The position numbers were made by a program, and so were the translations under genes. A stretch of 64,000 bases of DNA from the NCBI GenBank assembly GCA_036785375.1, contig JAWMAR010000892.1, positions 310,001 to 374,000 on the forward strand, written 5' to 3'. The stretch comes from Leucoraja ocellata (taxonomy: Eukaryota). A model generated the notes under the pieces. That model was not told the DNA's origin. It made no database searches and saw only the letters and a list, made by a program, of their open reading frames with translations. Of the stretch, positions 37,741-51,403 are shown piece by piece. The stretch's first letter is position 1. Every line of letters starts with the position of its first letter.

Positions 37741-37892
37741 CCGGTGTTTCACAACTGTGGTATATCAAGCTGTATCACTAAACTAAACTAAACTAAACTT
37801 CCTAAGTATGCTTACATTTGACAACTTCCACTTGTCACCACCATTGTGTAGTAAGGAACTGCAGATGCTGGTTTACACAGAAGACAGACAAA

Positions 37893-38662
37893 ATATAACC
37901 ATGTAACCATATAATAACTATATAACAATTACAGCACAGAAACAGGCCATCTCGACCCTTCTAGTCCGTGCCGAACACATAATCTCCCCTAGTCCCATAT
38001 ACCTGCGCTCAGACCATAACCCTCCATTCCCTTCCCATCCATATAACTATCCAATTTATTTTTAAATGATAAAAACGAACCTGCCTCCACCACCTTCACT
38101 GGAAGCTCATTCCACATCGCTACCACTCTCTGAGTAAAGAAGTTCCCCCTCATGTTACCCCTAAACTTCAGTCCCTTAATTCTCAAGTCATGTCCCCTTG
38201 TTTGAATCTTCCCTACTCTCAGTGGGAAAAGCTTTTCCACGTCAACTCTGTCTATCCCTCTCATCATTTTAAAAACCTCTATCAAGTCCCCCCTTAACCT
38301 TCTGCGCTCCAAAGAATAAAGCCCTAACTTATTCAACCTTTCTCTGTAACTTAGTTGCTGAAACCCAGGCAACATTCTAGTAAATCTCCTCTGTACTCTC
38401 TCTATTTTGTTGACATCCTTCCTATAATTAGGTGACCAAAATTGTACACCATACTGCAGAATTGGCCTCACCAATGCCTTGTACAATTTTAACATTACAT
38501 CCCAACTTTTCTACTCAATGCTCTGATTTATAAAGGCCAGCATACCAAAAGCTTTCTTTACCACCCTATCTACATGAGATTCCACTTTCAGGGAACTATG
38601 CACGGTTATACCCAGATCCCTCTGTTCACCTACATTCTTCAATTCCCTACCATTTACCATGT
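37893..38662 (-). mobile_element. 5'-truncated CR1 copy, same young family as 45780-47408
   Basis: ORF 37989-38495 is near-identical to the C-terminus of 45808-47322; absent at the homologous sites near 48495 and 55155; AAAATAT on both sides. Confidence 0.9.
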
Positions 38663-38791
38663 AAAATATGCTGGAGTAACTTAGCGGGACAGGCAGCATC
38701 TCTGGAGAGAAGGAATGGGTGAGACCCTTCTCCAGACACCACCGCTGTTATTACAAAGAAAAGCTTAAAAACAAAGATCATGAATCTTTAC

Positions 38792-39136
38792 CTGCTATTT
38801 GTAGTGTGACTGTAACTCGTAGAACCACGCTGTTGCCCTCAGTGGGGAGTTTCAACTGAATGAGGCATGTGTACGTGGCTGCGTCGCTCACTCGGAGGTC
38901 GGTGAGAAGAAGGGAGAAGTTGCCGTGTTTGAACTCTGCGGTGAACAGCCTTGCCCTGGTGCCCAGGCCCAATGTGTTGTCCTCTCTGCCCTTATGGAAG
39001 GAATGGATTAACTGAGTGGCCACCTGCCAGTAAACACGAATATCATTGTTGGCTTGTTTCCCCACGTTGGTGTCCAGACAGGGCAGGAGGGCACTTTCAC
39101 CCACAATCCCCGTCACTGTGAGGCTAGACGGCGACA
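38792..39136 (-). CDS. B7-family (ICOSL/CD86-like) IgV exon, copy V3
   Basis: 345 nt, phase 1-1, CAG/GTAAAG splice sites; GIVGESALLPC..IRVYWQ..FKHGNFSLLL..LRVSDAATYTC..VTLQIA. Confidence 0.9.
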
Positions 39137-40479
39137 CTGGGGGTAAAATAAGGACAAAATAATCCCGGGTCTCGTCCACTCCTTCTCCCCAGAGAAGCTG
39201 CCTGTCCCGCTGAGTTACTCCAGCATTTTTTCTATCTTCGGCTTAAACCAGCATCTGTAGTTCCTTCCTACACATTTTTTTTTAGTTTAGAGATACAGCG
39301 CAGAAACAGGTCCTTTGGCCCATCGAGTCCACGCCGACCAGCGATCCCCGCACACTAACACACTAGGGACAATTTACAATTATACCAAGCCATTTAGCCT
39401 ACAAACCTGTACGTCTTTGGAGTGTAGGAGGAAACTGGGGATCCCGGAGAAAACCAACACAGGTCACAGGGAGAACGTACAAACTCCGTACAGACAGCAC
39501 TCGTAGTCAGGATCGTCCCCGGGTCTCTGGTGCTGTGAGGCAGCAACTCTATCGCTGCGCCACCGTGCCACCCCGGTGTTTCACAACTGCGCTGAATGCC
39601 ATTTTAAATTCTCAATGGCCCTTTCACTACTTCCAATTGTTTTACTGCCCTTGATTGCCCAAAATAGGTGAGAGGGGGAAAGTTTAAAGGAGAAGTGAGA
39701 GGTCAGTTTTATTACAGAGTGTGGTGGGCGTCTGGAATGTGCTGCCAGGGGTGGTGGTGGAGGCTGATACGATAGTGGTGTTGAAGAGGCTTTTAGTTAG
39801 GCACAGGGATATGCAGGGAACGGAGGGATATGGATCATGAGAAGGCAGGGGAGATCGGTTTTACTTTGCATCATGCTTGGCACAGACATTGTGGGCCGAA
39901 GGGCCTGTTCTGTGCTGGATCTTCATAAGTTCACAAGTGATAGGAGCAGAATGAGGCCATTCGGCCCATCAAGTCTACTCCGCCACTCAATCATGGCTGA
40001 TCTATCTCTCCCTCCTAAACCCATTCTCCTGCCTTCTCCCCATAACCCCTGACATCTTCTATAACTTTGCCACCAGCTACAGCCGGTGATGGCATAGTTA
40101 TGGGGCGTGAAATAGGAGCTCAACAAATCAAAGAATTATGACAGAACGGAATCGTCATCTCAGTGAAAGACAATACAAGTTTTTTTATTCTATGGATCCC
40201 AGAAATAACAAATAGAAAATACTTAGCAGGTCAGGCAGCATCTATGGGAAGAGAAGTATTCAACGTTTCAGGTTGAATAGCCAAGAGACATTTAGTTTAG
40301 TTTAGTTTAGTTTATTGTCACGTGTATCGAGGTACATTGGAAAGCTGTTTTTGTTGCGTGCTATCCAGCCAGCGGAAAGACTATACATGATTACAATGGA
40401 AGAAATCTCTCAATCCGAAACGTCACCTGTCCCTATTCTCCAGAGATGCTGCCTGATCCGCTGAGTTACTCCAGCAATT

Positions 40480-41410
40480 ACTCATGACTGCGTAGCCGGT
40501 CAAAGTGCGAACTCCATCATCAAGTTCGCTGACGACACCACTGTTGTGGGACGTATCACTGATGGGGACGAGTCAGAGTATAGAAGTGAGATCGACCGAC
40601 TGACCAAATGGTGCTAGCACAATCTCATGGCCCTCAACACCAGCAAAACCAAGGAACTGATTGTGGACTTTGGAAGGGGTAGGATGGGGACCCACAGTCA
40701 CGTTTATATCAACGGGTCGAAGGTGGAAAGGGTCGAGAGCTTCAAATTCCTGGGCGTGCACATCTCTGAAGATCTCTCCTGGTCCGAGAACACTGATGCT
40801 ATTATAAAGAAAGCTCATCAGCGCCTCTACTTCCTGAGAAGATTATGGAGAGTCGGTATGTCAAGGAGGACTCTCTCTAACTTGTACAGGTGCACAGTAG
40901 AGAGCATGCTGACCGGTTGCATCGTGGCTTGGTCTGGCAACTGGAGTGCCCAGGAGCGAAAAAGCAGTAAACACTGCCCAGTCCATCATCGGCTCTGACC
41001 TCCCTACCATCGAGGGGATCTATCGCAGTCGCTGCCCCAAAAAGGCTGGCAGTATCATCAAGGACCCACATCATCCTGGCCACACACTCATCTCCCCGCT
41101 ACCTTCAGGTAGAAGGTACAGGAGCCTGAAGACTGCAACCTCCAGGTTCAGAAACAGCTGCTTCCCCACAGCCATCAGGCTATTGAACTCAACTCAAACA
41201 AAACTCTGAAAATTAATAGCCCATTATCTGTTTATTTGCACTTTATCTGTTTTATTTATTCATGTGTGTATATATTCATACAATGGTATATGTACACACT
41301 GATCTGGTCAGTATTCATGCCTTCTATATTCTGTTGTGCTGAAGCAAAGCAAGAATTTCATTGTCCTATCTGGGACACATGACAATAAACTCTCTTGAAT
41401 CTTGAATCTT
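40480..41410 (+). mobile_element. Rex1-like LINE 3' fragment (duplicated at 50310-51215)
   Basis: IIKFADDTT..LNTSKTKELIVDF..FKFLGVHIS..LPSGRRYRS; tail AATAAACTCTCTTGAATCTTGA. Confidence 0.85.
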
Positions 41411-41602
41411 GAATTTGTGTCTATCTTCAGTGTAAACCAGCATCTGCAGTTCCTTCCTATACATGATTACAATGTACGGATACAGGATAAAGGGAATAAC
41501 CTTTAGTGCAAGATAAAGTCCAGTAAAGTCAACTTGACTTTAAAAGTTTGTTGTCTATATTGAGGGCGTTTTTCAAGGAGAGAGATGTTTTTTTCCCACT
41601 TA

Positions 41603-43114
41603 GAAACATAGAAACATAGAAAATAGGTGCAGGAGTAGGCCATTCGGCCCTTCGAGTCTGCACCGCCATTCAATATGATCATGGCTGATCATCCAACTCA
41701 GTATCCTGTACCTGCCTTCTCTCCATACCCCCTGATCCCTTTAGCCACATCTAACTCCCTCTTAAATATAGCCAATGAACTGGCCTCAACTACCTTCTGT
41801 GGCAGAGAATTCCACAAATTCACCACTCTCTGTGTAATTCTTGGCTATCTTACCCTCGTACCTCATCTTTTCTTCCTGTATTGTCTTTTGGGTTATCTTC
41901 TGTTGTTCTTTAAACATTACCCAATCCTCTTGCTTCCCGCTCATCTTTGCTACGTTATACTTCTTCACTTTAATTTTTATACTAACCCTGACGTCCCTTG
42001 TCAGCCATGGTTGTCCCTTTCTCCCCTTGGAATCTTTCTTCCTCCTAGGAATGAACTGATCCTGCACCTTCTGTATTATTCCAAATAACACCAGCCATTT
42101 TTGTTTCACTGTCATCCCTGCGTGTGTGTCTTTCCAGTCAACTTTGGCCAGCTCCTCCCTCATGGCCTTATAGTTCTCTTTATTCGACTGCAACACTGAC
42201 ACCTCCAATCTACTCATCTCCCTCTCCAATTGTAGATTAAACCTGACCATGTTATGGTCACTGCCTCCTAATGGTTCATTAATCTAATGCCTCCTAATGG
42301 TTCATTACATAACACTAAATCACTTCCCCTCTCACAATTGGCCCTGATTTCCTTCCCTTTAAGTCGAGAATCTTTTGTAATTTTTCCTGTAGCCACTTCC
42401 CCTTCAACATCTTTATACTCCCAATTTGTCAATCCCTCCCCCCCACTATTTATTTTAAACCCACATGTGTAGCCCTGGCAAACCTGCCTGCCAGAATGTG
42501 GATCAGTTTGTTATTTGGATACATTGGATGTTTTAAAAAAATGTTTAGCCTTTTCTTAAGAATGGGACAGATGTTTAGATCTAACAATTGAATTTAGATG
42601 AATTTAATTGATTTCATGACACTGATGAATATTAATTTTTTGTTGGGTATTTACTATTTGTTTTAACGTTACAATAATATTAAAGTTCTGATCTTGGGAA
42701 TATCATATTTTTGAATTTTCAAGGCTGGGTATTTATTACTACCATAGTTTATTACTAGTTTTATTACTAGTTTATTACTAAAATAGAAAATGTTTATTAC
42801 TATTTCCGTCAATTTGCAATAATTTGTAATTAGCTACAATTAGGTGCTTTCATTATATGCTTTAATTTCAGGTCATTCAAATAAGATGTATCATATTTGT
42901 TTCAGAATGCTTCAATCTACAATAACTGAACATTTCATTCAGTTCTCTTAATTTTTAAGAAAGTTATGGGCTTTTGACACTCCTCGATCACAGCTTTTGT
43001 GTTAACTCAATGGGAAAGCAGTAGGGGGGTTTCACGCAAGGTCACTGGGTCATAGGGCTCGACGCACAGAGCCGCTAAATCCAGCTGGAAGACATCCGTC
43101 ACTTCCAGTATATG
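41603..43114. mobile_element. Compound insertion at the IgC2 donor site (CR1 pieces, hAT-like fragment, unassigned ~95 bp)
   Basis: Absent at the homologous site 51402; begins with a (GAAACATA) CR1 tail; 42500-43020 resembles the element at 54060-55078. Confidence 0.75.
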
Positions 43115-43410
43115 TGCGGTAAAGGTTTCAGTTTGTTTCTCCTTCAGCCTGGTGTTGTGAATGCTACATGTGATGCAGTGTACTCCAGCGGACACCCACA
43201 GGAACGAGGTTACGTTGCACAGTCTCTGCGGGGAGCAGTCGGTGTGGGTTGTGGCCGTGCTGTTCGGATCTAGGTTCAGGGACCCGCAGGTCCAGCCCAC
43301 CGCTGGGGCTGGATACCCTCCCCAGGAGGAGCAGGTCAGCCTCAGCACCCCTCCTACACCTTGCTGTCCCTCCGACAGATGCGTACTCAGGGTCGGCTTG
43401 GCAAAGTGAG
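43115..43410 (-). pseudogene. B7-like IgC exon copy C2: open frame but both splice sites lost
   Basis: HFAKPTLS..LTCSSWGGYPAPAVGW..NVTSFLW..ITCSIHN. A ~14-bp deletion removes the TTCCATTCCAG acceptor seen at 51701; the donor is broken by the insertion. Confidence 0.85.
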
Positions 43411-43479
43411 CAGCGTTAACATTAACAAGACAGTGCTGACTGGCTAGCACCCAACAAAAGCTTTTCACTGTTCCTCGAC

Positions 43480-44465
43480 ACACTTTTATTTTACATTTCA
43501 AAATATACTTTCTTCGAGAAATAAATATATCCAACACATGATCCTTACAAGTCTCCATCCAACATTGTCAGAGGCTATACATACATTCAATACTGTTTAC
43601 ACAAGTCACACAATTTTACCCCACACCCTTGCCACTCATGTGGCCCACTTGCATGGAATCCCTTCCCTTATTTTAAGGGGCGTCTCCACCACACCCTGCC
43701 CCCCATGTCCAGCAGCAGAAGGACCCTAGACTGTGGTCCTCCCCCACCGAGCCTTGGCGTTGGCTGCACCGAGCTTCAGTGCGTCCCTTAGCACGTACCA
43801 CTGCAGTCTGCAGCGGGCCAGTCGGCAACATTCCCCAACGGACATCTTGCTCTGCTGGGTGGTCAACAACGCTCGGGCAGACCAAAGAGCGTCTTTCACC
43901 GAGTTGATGACCTTCCAGCAGCTTTCGATGTCAGTCTCTGAATGTGTCCCTGGGAACAGTCCGTAAATCACAGAGTCCTCTGTGACGGAGCTGTTCAGAA
44001 TAAATCATGACAGATGGGTCTCCAATTCTTTATATCCTTCATCTCCCCCTTCTGTTTGTAGATTAGGGTGATGCTGCCCTTCCTCATGGAGTCTGACATG
44101 CTGCCGGCTAGAAGCATGTCGTTGTACATTTCCAGCAGGTCCGGGCCCACCCAGTCTCACAGAGCCGAATACAACTCGGCCGGTAAGCCATCATTTCCAG
44201 GAATTTTACTCGTCAAAGGAACGGATGGAGCCAGTCAGCTCCTCTAGGGTCAGTGGTTGGTCCAGACTCTCCCGCTTGCTGTCCTCCAAGACCTCCGTGA
44301 TGGAGGACAGGAAATTCTGGGAGGCTCTGAATGTGGCGGTGGTGCTGTCCGTGGCCTTTCTGGTGCACAAATCTGTTTAAAAGGTTTTGCAGATCCTCAG
44401 CATGTCCGTCAGCAAGGATGTTACTGAGCCGTCGTCCTCCCTAAGGCTGTTGATCACAGAGCTTT
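43480..44465 (-). mobile_element. Internally deleted Tx1-clade fragment with 3' end (duplicated at 51785-52756)
   Basis: The RT start (PGNDGLPAELY..IKNWRPI) is joined directly to the C-terminus (IYGLFPGTH..LRDALKLGAANAKARWGRTTV*) and 3'UTR. Confidence 0.8.
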
Positions 44466-45447
44466 GGTTTAAACCAAAGATAGACACAAACTAGCAGGAG
44501 GAATCAGTGTCAGGAGGAATCAGAGGGATTGTGTGTCTATCTTTATGTACTTGTATCCCACGGTCTCTCAGTTCTAAGAATCTCCCTTTCATTCACTGTG
44601 TACCTGCTGGCGTAGCTTTGGGTTAAATGTACAAAATGTTGCATTCCATTGAATTAAATTGCAGCTGAGTTTGAGTTTAGTTTATTGTCACGTGTACTGA
44701 GGTACAAGGAAAAGAGTTCTGTAGAGAGCTCTGCCATTCGCTTGCCCATTTCCCCAGTTGAACTTGACCCTGGTACAACTATAAACTACCTTCCTCACTG
44801 TCCACCACACCTACAATTTTGGTGCCATCTACACACTTGATCATCTATATTCTCTTCCACACTGCAAACAAAGACCAGCCAGTCCTAATCGGTGCCATTT
44901 TTAAATTGGTGAAGAGAGAAGATTGTTCATGACATGTTTTTTTTGTCTCTGGAGCGTCAGAGACAGATTGGAGATCTGTTAGGAAGTAAATAAAATTCCA
45001 AAAGCTTTAGTGTTGACAGTCAAACCCTTTATCCCCAGGGCGGGAATGTCAAAGACTAGATGGCGTAGCTTTCAGGTGAGAGGGGCAAAGTTTAAAGGAG
45101 ATGTGCGGGGCAAGTTGTGTCACACAGACACAGGGTGGTGGGTGCCTGGAACACGCTGCCAGGGGTGGTGGTGGAGGCAGATACGACAGTGGTGTTTGAC
45201 ATGGTAGTGCAGGGATTAGATCGATGTGGATCAAGTGCAGGCAGATGAGATTAGTTTAGCTGGGTATCATGTTTGCTGGGTCGAAAGGTCCGTTCCTGTG
45301 CTGTACTGTTCTATGTTCCACCTATCAGCTACTGTTGGGTCCTGAAGAATATCTGCAGACGATGACGATCTTGAGTGTACGGAGCAACGATCAGGGAAAC
45401 GAGTCGGTCACAACCATTACGAGTAATATAGAAGGAACTAGTCCATT

Positions 45448-45745
45448 GGGCAGCACGGTGGCGCAGCGGTAGAGTTGCTGTCTCACAGCGCCAGAGACCC
45501 AGGTTCGATCCTGACTACGGTCACTGTCTGTACGGAGTTTGTACGTTATCCCCGTGACCTGCGTGGGTTTTCTCTGGAAGCTCCGGTTTCCTCCCACATT
45601 CCAAAGTTGTACAGGTTTGTAGGTTAATGGGCTTGGTATAAATGTGAAATTGTCCCTAGTATTATTGTGCGGGGATTGCTGGTCGGCATGGACTCGGTGG
45701 GCCAAAGGGCCTGTTTCCAAGCTGTATCACTAAACTAAACTAAAT
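45448..45745 (+). mobile_element. HE1-type SINE (duplicated at 53740-54035)
   Basis: GGGCAGCACGGTGGCGCAGCGGTAG..GGTTCGATCC..GGTTTCCTCCCACA..(CTAAA)n tail. Confidence 0.9.
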
Positions 45746-45779
45746 TTCCTAAGTATGCTTACATTTTATAGGTATGTAC

Positions 45780-47408
45780 TGACACTTATGAAAAAGTACT
45801 GACACTTTTGAAAAATATAAAAGTGGATAAGTCTCCAGGTCCTGACAGGATATTCCCTAGGACATTGAGGGAAGTTAGTGTAGAAATAGCCGGGGCTATG
45901 ACAGAAATATTTCAAATGTCATTAGAAACGGGAATAGTCCCCGAGGATTGGCGTACTGCGCATGTTGTTCCATTGTTTAAAAAGGGTTCTAAGAGTAAAC
46001 CTAGCAATTATAGACCTGTTAGTTTGACTTCAGTGGTGGGCAAATTAATGGAAAATATACTTAGAGACAATATATATAAGCATCTAGATAAACAGGGTCT
46101 GATTAGGAACAGTCAACATGGATTTGTGCCTGGAAGGTCATGTTTGACTAATCTTCTTGAATTTTTTGAAGAGGTTACTAGGGAAATTGACGAGGGTAAA
46201 GCAGTGGATGTTGTCTATATGGACTTTAGTAAGGCCTTTGACAAGGTTCCTCATGGAAGGTTGGTTAAGAAGGTTCAACTGTTGGGTATAAATGCAGGAA
46301 TAGCAAGATGGATTCAACAGTGGCTGAATGGGAGAAGCCAGAGGGTAATGGTGGATGGCTGTTTATCGGGTTGGAGGCAGGTGACTAGTGGGGTGCCTCA
46401 GGGATCTGTGTTGGGTCCTTTGTTGTTTGTCATGTACATCAATGATCTGGATGAAGGTGTGGTAAATTGGATTAGTAAGTATGCAGATGATACCAAGATA
46501 GGGGGTGTTGTGGATAATGAAGAGGATTTCCAAAGTCTACAGAGTGATTTAGGCCATTTGGAAAAATGGGCTGAAAGATGGCAGATGGAGTTTAATGCTG
46601 ATAAATGTGAGGTGCTACACCTTGGCAGGACAAATCAAAATAGGACGTACATGGTAAATGTAAGGGAATTGAAGAATACAGTTGAACAGAGGGATCTGGG
46701 TATAACCGTGCATAGTTCCTTGAAGGTGGAATCTCATATAGATAGGGTGGTAAAGAAAGCTTTTGGTATGCTAGCCTTTATAAATCAGAGCATTGAGTAT
46801 AGAAGCTGGGATGTAATGTTAAAATTGTACAAGGCATTGGTGAGACCAAATCTGGAGTATGGGGTACAATTTTGGTCGCCAAATTATAGGAAGGATGTCA
46901 ACAAAATAGAGAGAGTTCAGAGGAGATTTACTAGAATGTTGCCTGGGTTTCAACAACTAAGTTACAGAGATAGGTTGAATAAGTTAGGTCTTTATTCTCT
47001 GGAGCGCAGAAGGTTAAGGGGGGACCTGATAGAGGTCTTTAAAATGATGAGAGGGATAGACAGAGTTGATGTGGACAAGCTTTTCGCTTTGAGAATAGGG
47101 AAGATTCAAACAAGAGGACATGACTTCAGAATTAAGGGACAGAAGTTTAGGGGTAATATGAGGGGGAACTTCTTTACGCAGAGAGTGGTGGCGGTGTGGA
47201 ATGAGCTCCCAGTGGAAGTGGTGGAGGCAGGTTCATTGGTATCATTTAAAAATAAATTGGATAGGCATATGGATGAGAAGGGAATGGAGGGTTATGGTAC
47301 GAGTGCAGGCAGGTGGGACTAAGGGGAAAAAAATTTGTTCGGCATGGACTTGTAGGGCCGAGATGGCCTGTTTCCGTGCTGTAATTGTTATATGGTTATA
47401 TGGTTATA
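45780..47408 (+). mobile_element. Young 5'-truncated CR1 LINE; uninterrupted RT ORF 45808-47322
   Basis: NYRPVSLTS, QHGF, YMDFSKAFDKV, GVPQGSVLGP, KYADD; (TATGGTTA) tail; inserted in the left terminus of the hAT-like element. Confidence 0.93.
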
Positions 47409-48419
47409 TGTTACAAAACTTACCTTCAGCAGCGCTGCAGTTCTGCCACTGGCCGTGTGCGCGACTTTGGCGCCTTTGAGGGGGGAGGGCGGGGTTAAAA
47501 TGCCGTTTTCTCCTGCCTGTCTGAGATATATTTTCTCGGGCTGCAAGCTAATGCTGAAGAATTGATCCGACTGCCTTTCTGTGATTTTTTTTGAAACCGC
47601 GGGACAATTTCAGCGCTGGAGTAAAATAAAAATCCACTTCTAATGCCGTCAACGCCGACAACAAGACAGATCTCCCATACGGGACAGTTAAAGGAAAGCC
47701 GTTTATTTTACATATAAACGTTCTTCTTAGAATTACCTTAATCCAAATTTTACGTTGCGAAAATGTGATTTAGGCCCCATACGAACCGGCAGTGTTTTTC
47801 CTGCCGATATGGGGTTTAAATTCACAGCTAACCGCAACGTTCCAATCGATCGCATTCCACAAAATCCCACTCACAAGATGATTTAAATGGCCATTAATTT
47901 ACAGGAATTTAACACTAAATTCCTTCCATTTGGCCTATAAATTCATGACAATGAGATTTAAAAATCATGTTATATTGTGAATTCTTGTGTGAATGTTATT
48001 TGGACAGACTATTTAAAATTCTTAAGAAATGGATAGATGTTGAGATCTAGTAATTGAATTTTGTAATTAGGTAACTAACTAATTATATGCTTTAATTTCA
48101 GGTCATCCAAGTAAGATTGTTTCATATTTGTTTCAGAATGCTTCAATCTATAATAACTGAAAATTTATTTCAGTTCTCTTAATTTTTAAGAAAGTTATGG
48201 GCTTTTGACTGTCCTCAATCACAGCTTTTGTGTTAAGTCAATGGAAAAGCAATTGGGAACAAGATGCTAACTTCCGAGTATGAAAATGGCCATATCTTTT
48301 TTAATATTGAAGATATGAAAGTGAATTAGGTGTCAAATTAAACTTCTTTTTATGCTTTATCTGATGGGATCAATTGCAGACTTGATTTTTAAAATCTCAA
48401 AAATGTTGTAACATTGCTA
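47408..48419. mobile_element. Non-autonomous hAT-like DNA element (~1 kb), CR1-interrupted copy
   Basis: Homologous to 54061-55079; its left terminus lies at 45769. Confidence 0.7.
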
Positions 48420-48623
48420 CATTTGACAACTTCCACTTGTCACCACCATTGTGTAGGAAGGAACTGCAGATGCTGGTTTACACAGAAGACAGACATAAAA
48501 TGCTGGAGTAACTTAGCGGGACAGGCAGCATCTCTGGAGAGAAGGAATGGGTGAGACCCTTCTCCAGACACCACCGCTGTTATTACAAAGAAAAGCTTAA
48601 AAACAAAGATCATGAACCTTTAC

Positions 48624-48968
48624 CTGCTATTTGTAGTGTGGCTGTAACTCGTAGAACCACGCTGTTGCCCTCAGTGGGGAGTTTCAACTGAATGAGGCAT
48701 GTGTACGTGGCTGCGTCGCTCACTCGGAGGTCGGTGAGAAGAAGGGAGAAGTTGCCGTGTTTGAACTCTGCGGTGAACAGCCTTGCCCTGGTGCCCAGGC
48801 CCAATGTGTTGTCCTCTCTGCCCTTATGGAAGGAATGGATTAACCGAGTGGCCACCTGCCAGTAAACACGAATATCATTGTTGGCTTGTTTCCCCACGTT
48901 GGTGTCCAGACAGGGCAGGAGGGCACTTTCACCCACAATCCCCGTCACTGTGAGGCTAGACGGCGACA
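48624..48968 (-). CDS. B7-family IgV exon, copy V2
   Basis: 345 nt, intact splice sites and frame; two amino-acid differences from V1/V3 (ATRLIH, VTATLQ). Confidence 0.9.
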
Positions 48969-51403
48969 CTGGGGATAAAATAAGGACAAAATAAGCCCGG
49001 GTCTCGTCCACTCCTTCTCCCCAGAGAAGCTGCCTGTCCCGCTGAGTTACTCCAGCATTTTGTCTATCTTCGACTTAAACCAGCATCTGCAGTTCCTTCC
49101 TACACATTTTGTTTAGTTTAGAGATACAGCGCGGAAACAGGCCCTTTGGCTCACCGAGTCCACGCCGACCAGCGATCCCCGCACACTAACACACTAGGGA
49201 CAATTTACAATTATACCAAGCCATTTAGCCTACAAACCTGTACGTCTTTGGAGTGTAGGAGGAAACTAGGGATCCCGGAGAAAGCCAACACAGGTCACAG
49301 GGAGAACGTACAAACTCCGTACAGACAGCACTCGTAGTCAGGATCATCCCCGGGTCTCTGGTGCTGTGAGGCAGCAACTCTATCGCTGCGCCACCGTGCC
49401 ACCCCGGTGTTTCACAACTGCGCTGAATGCCATTTTAAATTCTCAATGGCCCTTTCACTACTTCCAATTGTTTTACTACCCTTGAGTGCCCAAAATAGGT
49501 GAGAGGGGGAAAGTTTAAAGGAGAAGTGAGAGGTCAGTTTTATTACAGAGTGTGGTGGGCGTCTGGAATGTGCTGCCAGGGGTGGTGGTGGAGGCTGATA
49601 CGATAGTGGTGTTGAAGAGGCTTTTAGTTAGGCACAGGGATATGCAGGGAACAGAGGGATATGGATCATGAGAAGGCACGGGAGATCGGTTTTACTTTGC
49701 ATCATGCTTGGCACAGACATTGTGGGCTGAAGGGCCTGTTCTGTGCTGGATCTTCATAAGTTCACAAGTGATAGGAGCAGAATGAGGCCATTTGGCCCAT
49801 CAAGTCTACTCCGCCACTCAATCATGGCTGATCTATCTCTCCCTCCTAAACCCATTCTCCTGCCTTCTCCCCATAACCCCTGACATCTTCTATAACTTTG
49901 CCACCAGCTACAGCCGGTGATGGCATAGTTATGGGGCGTGAAATAGGAGCTCAACAAATCAAAGAATTATGACAGAACGGAACCGTCATCTCAGTGAAAG
50001 ACAATACAAGTTTTTTTATTCTATGGATCCCAGAAATAACAAATAGAAAATACTTAGCAGGTCAGGCAGCATCTATGGGAAGAGAAGTATTCAACGTTTC
50101 AGGTTGAATAGCCAAGAGACATTTAGTTTAGTTTAGTTTAGTTTATTGTCACGTGTATCGAGGTACATTGGAAAGCTGTTTTTGTTGCGTGCTATCCAGC
50201 CAGCGGAAAGACTATACATGATTACAATGGAAGAAATCTCTCAATCCAAAACGTCACCTGTCCCTATTCTCCAGAGATGCTGCCTGATCCGCTGAGTTAC
50301 TCCAGCAATTACTCATGACTGCGTAGCCGGTCAAAGTGTGAACTCCATCATCAAGTTCGCTGACGACACCACTGTTGTGGGACGTATCACTGATGGGGAC
50401 GAGTCAGAGTATAGAAGTGAGATCGACCGACTGACCAAATGGTGCCAGCACAATCTCATGGCCCTCAACACCAGCAAAACCAAGGAACTGATTGTGGACT
50501 TTGGAAGGGGTAGGATGGGGATCCACAGTCACGCTTATAATGGTGGAAAGGGTCGAGAGCTTCAAATTACTGGGCGTGCACATCTCTGAAGATCTCTCCT
50601 GGTCTTTCTTATAAAGAAAGCTCATCAGCGCCTCTACTTCCTGAGAAGATTATGGAGAGTCGGTATGTCAAGGAGGACTCTCTCTAACTTCTACAGGTGC
50701 ACAGTAGAGAGCATGCTGATCGGTTGCATCGTGGCTTGGTCTGGCAACTGGAGTGCCCAGGAGCGAAAAAGCAGTAAACACTGCCCAGTCCATCATCGGC
50801 TCTGACCTCCCTACCATCGAGGGGATCTATCGCAGTCGCTGCCCCAAAAAGGCTGGCAGTATCATCAAGGACCCACATCATCCTGGCCACACACTCATCT
50901 CCCCGCTACCTTCAGGTAGAAGGTACAGGAGCCTGAAGACTGCAACGTCCAGGTTCAGAAACAGCTGCTTCCCCACAGCCATCAGGCTATTGAACTCAAC
51001 TCAAACAAAACTCTGAACATTAATAGCCCATTATCTGTTTATTTGCACTTTATCTGTTTTATTTAATCATGTGTGTATATATTCATACACTGGTATATGT
51101 ACACACTGATCTGGTCAGTATTCATGCCTTCTATATTCTGTTGTGCTGAAGCAAAGCAAGAATTTCATTGTCCTATCTGGGACACATGACAATAAACTCT
51201 CTTGAATCTTGAATTTGTGTCTATCTTCAGTGTAAACCAGCATCTGCAGTTCCTTCCTCTACATGATTACAATGTATGGATACAGGATAAAGGGAATAAC
51301 CTTTAGTGCAAGATAAAGTCCAGTAAAGTCAACTTGACTTTAAAAGTTTGTTGTCTATATTGAGGGCGTTTTTCAAGGAGAGAGATGTTTTTTTCCCACT
51401 TAC

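Noticed and set aside
44829-44843. CTACACACTTGATC as the missing U2 5' part (also ~53121)
   Set aside because: Only a short imperfect match, with no flanking U2 sequence, inside decayed CR1-like text.
45448-45520. tRNA gene
   Set aside because: The A/B boxes belong to the SINE head and continue into the V-domain and LINE-like tail; the same holds for all copies.
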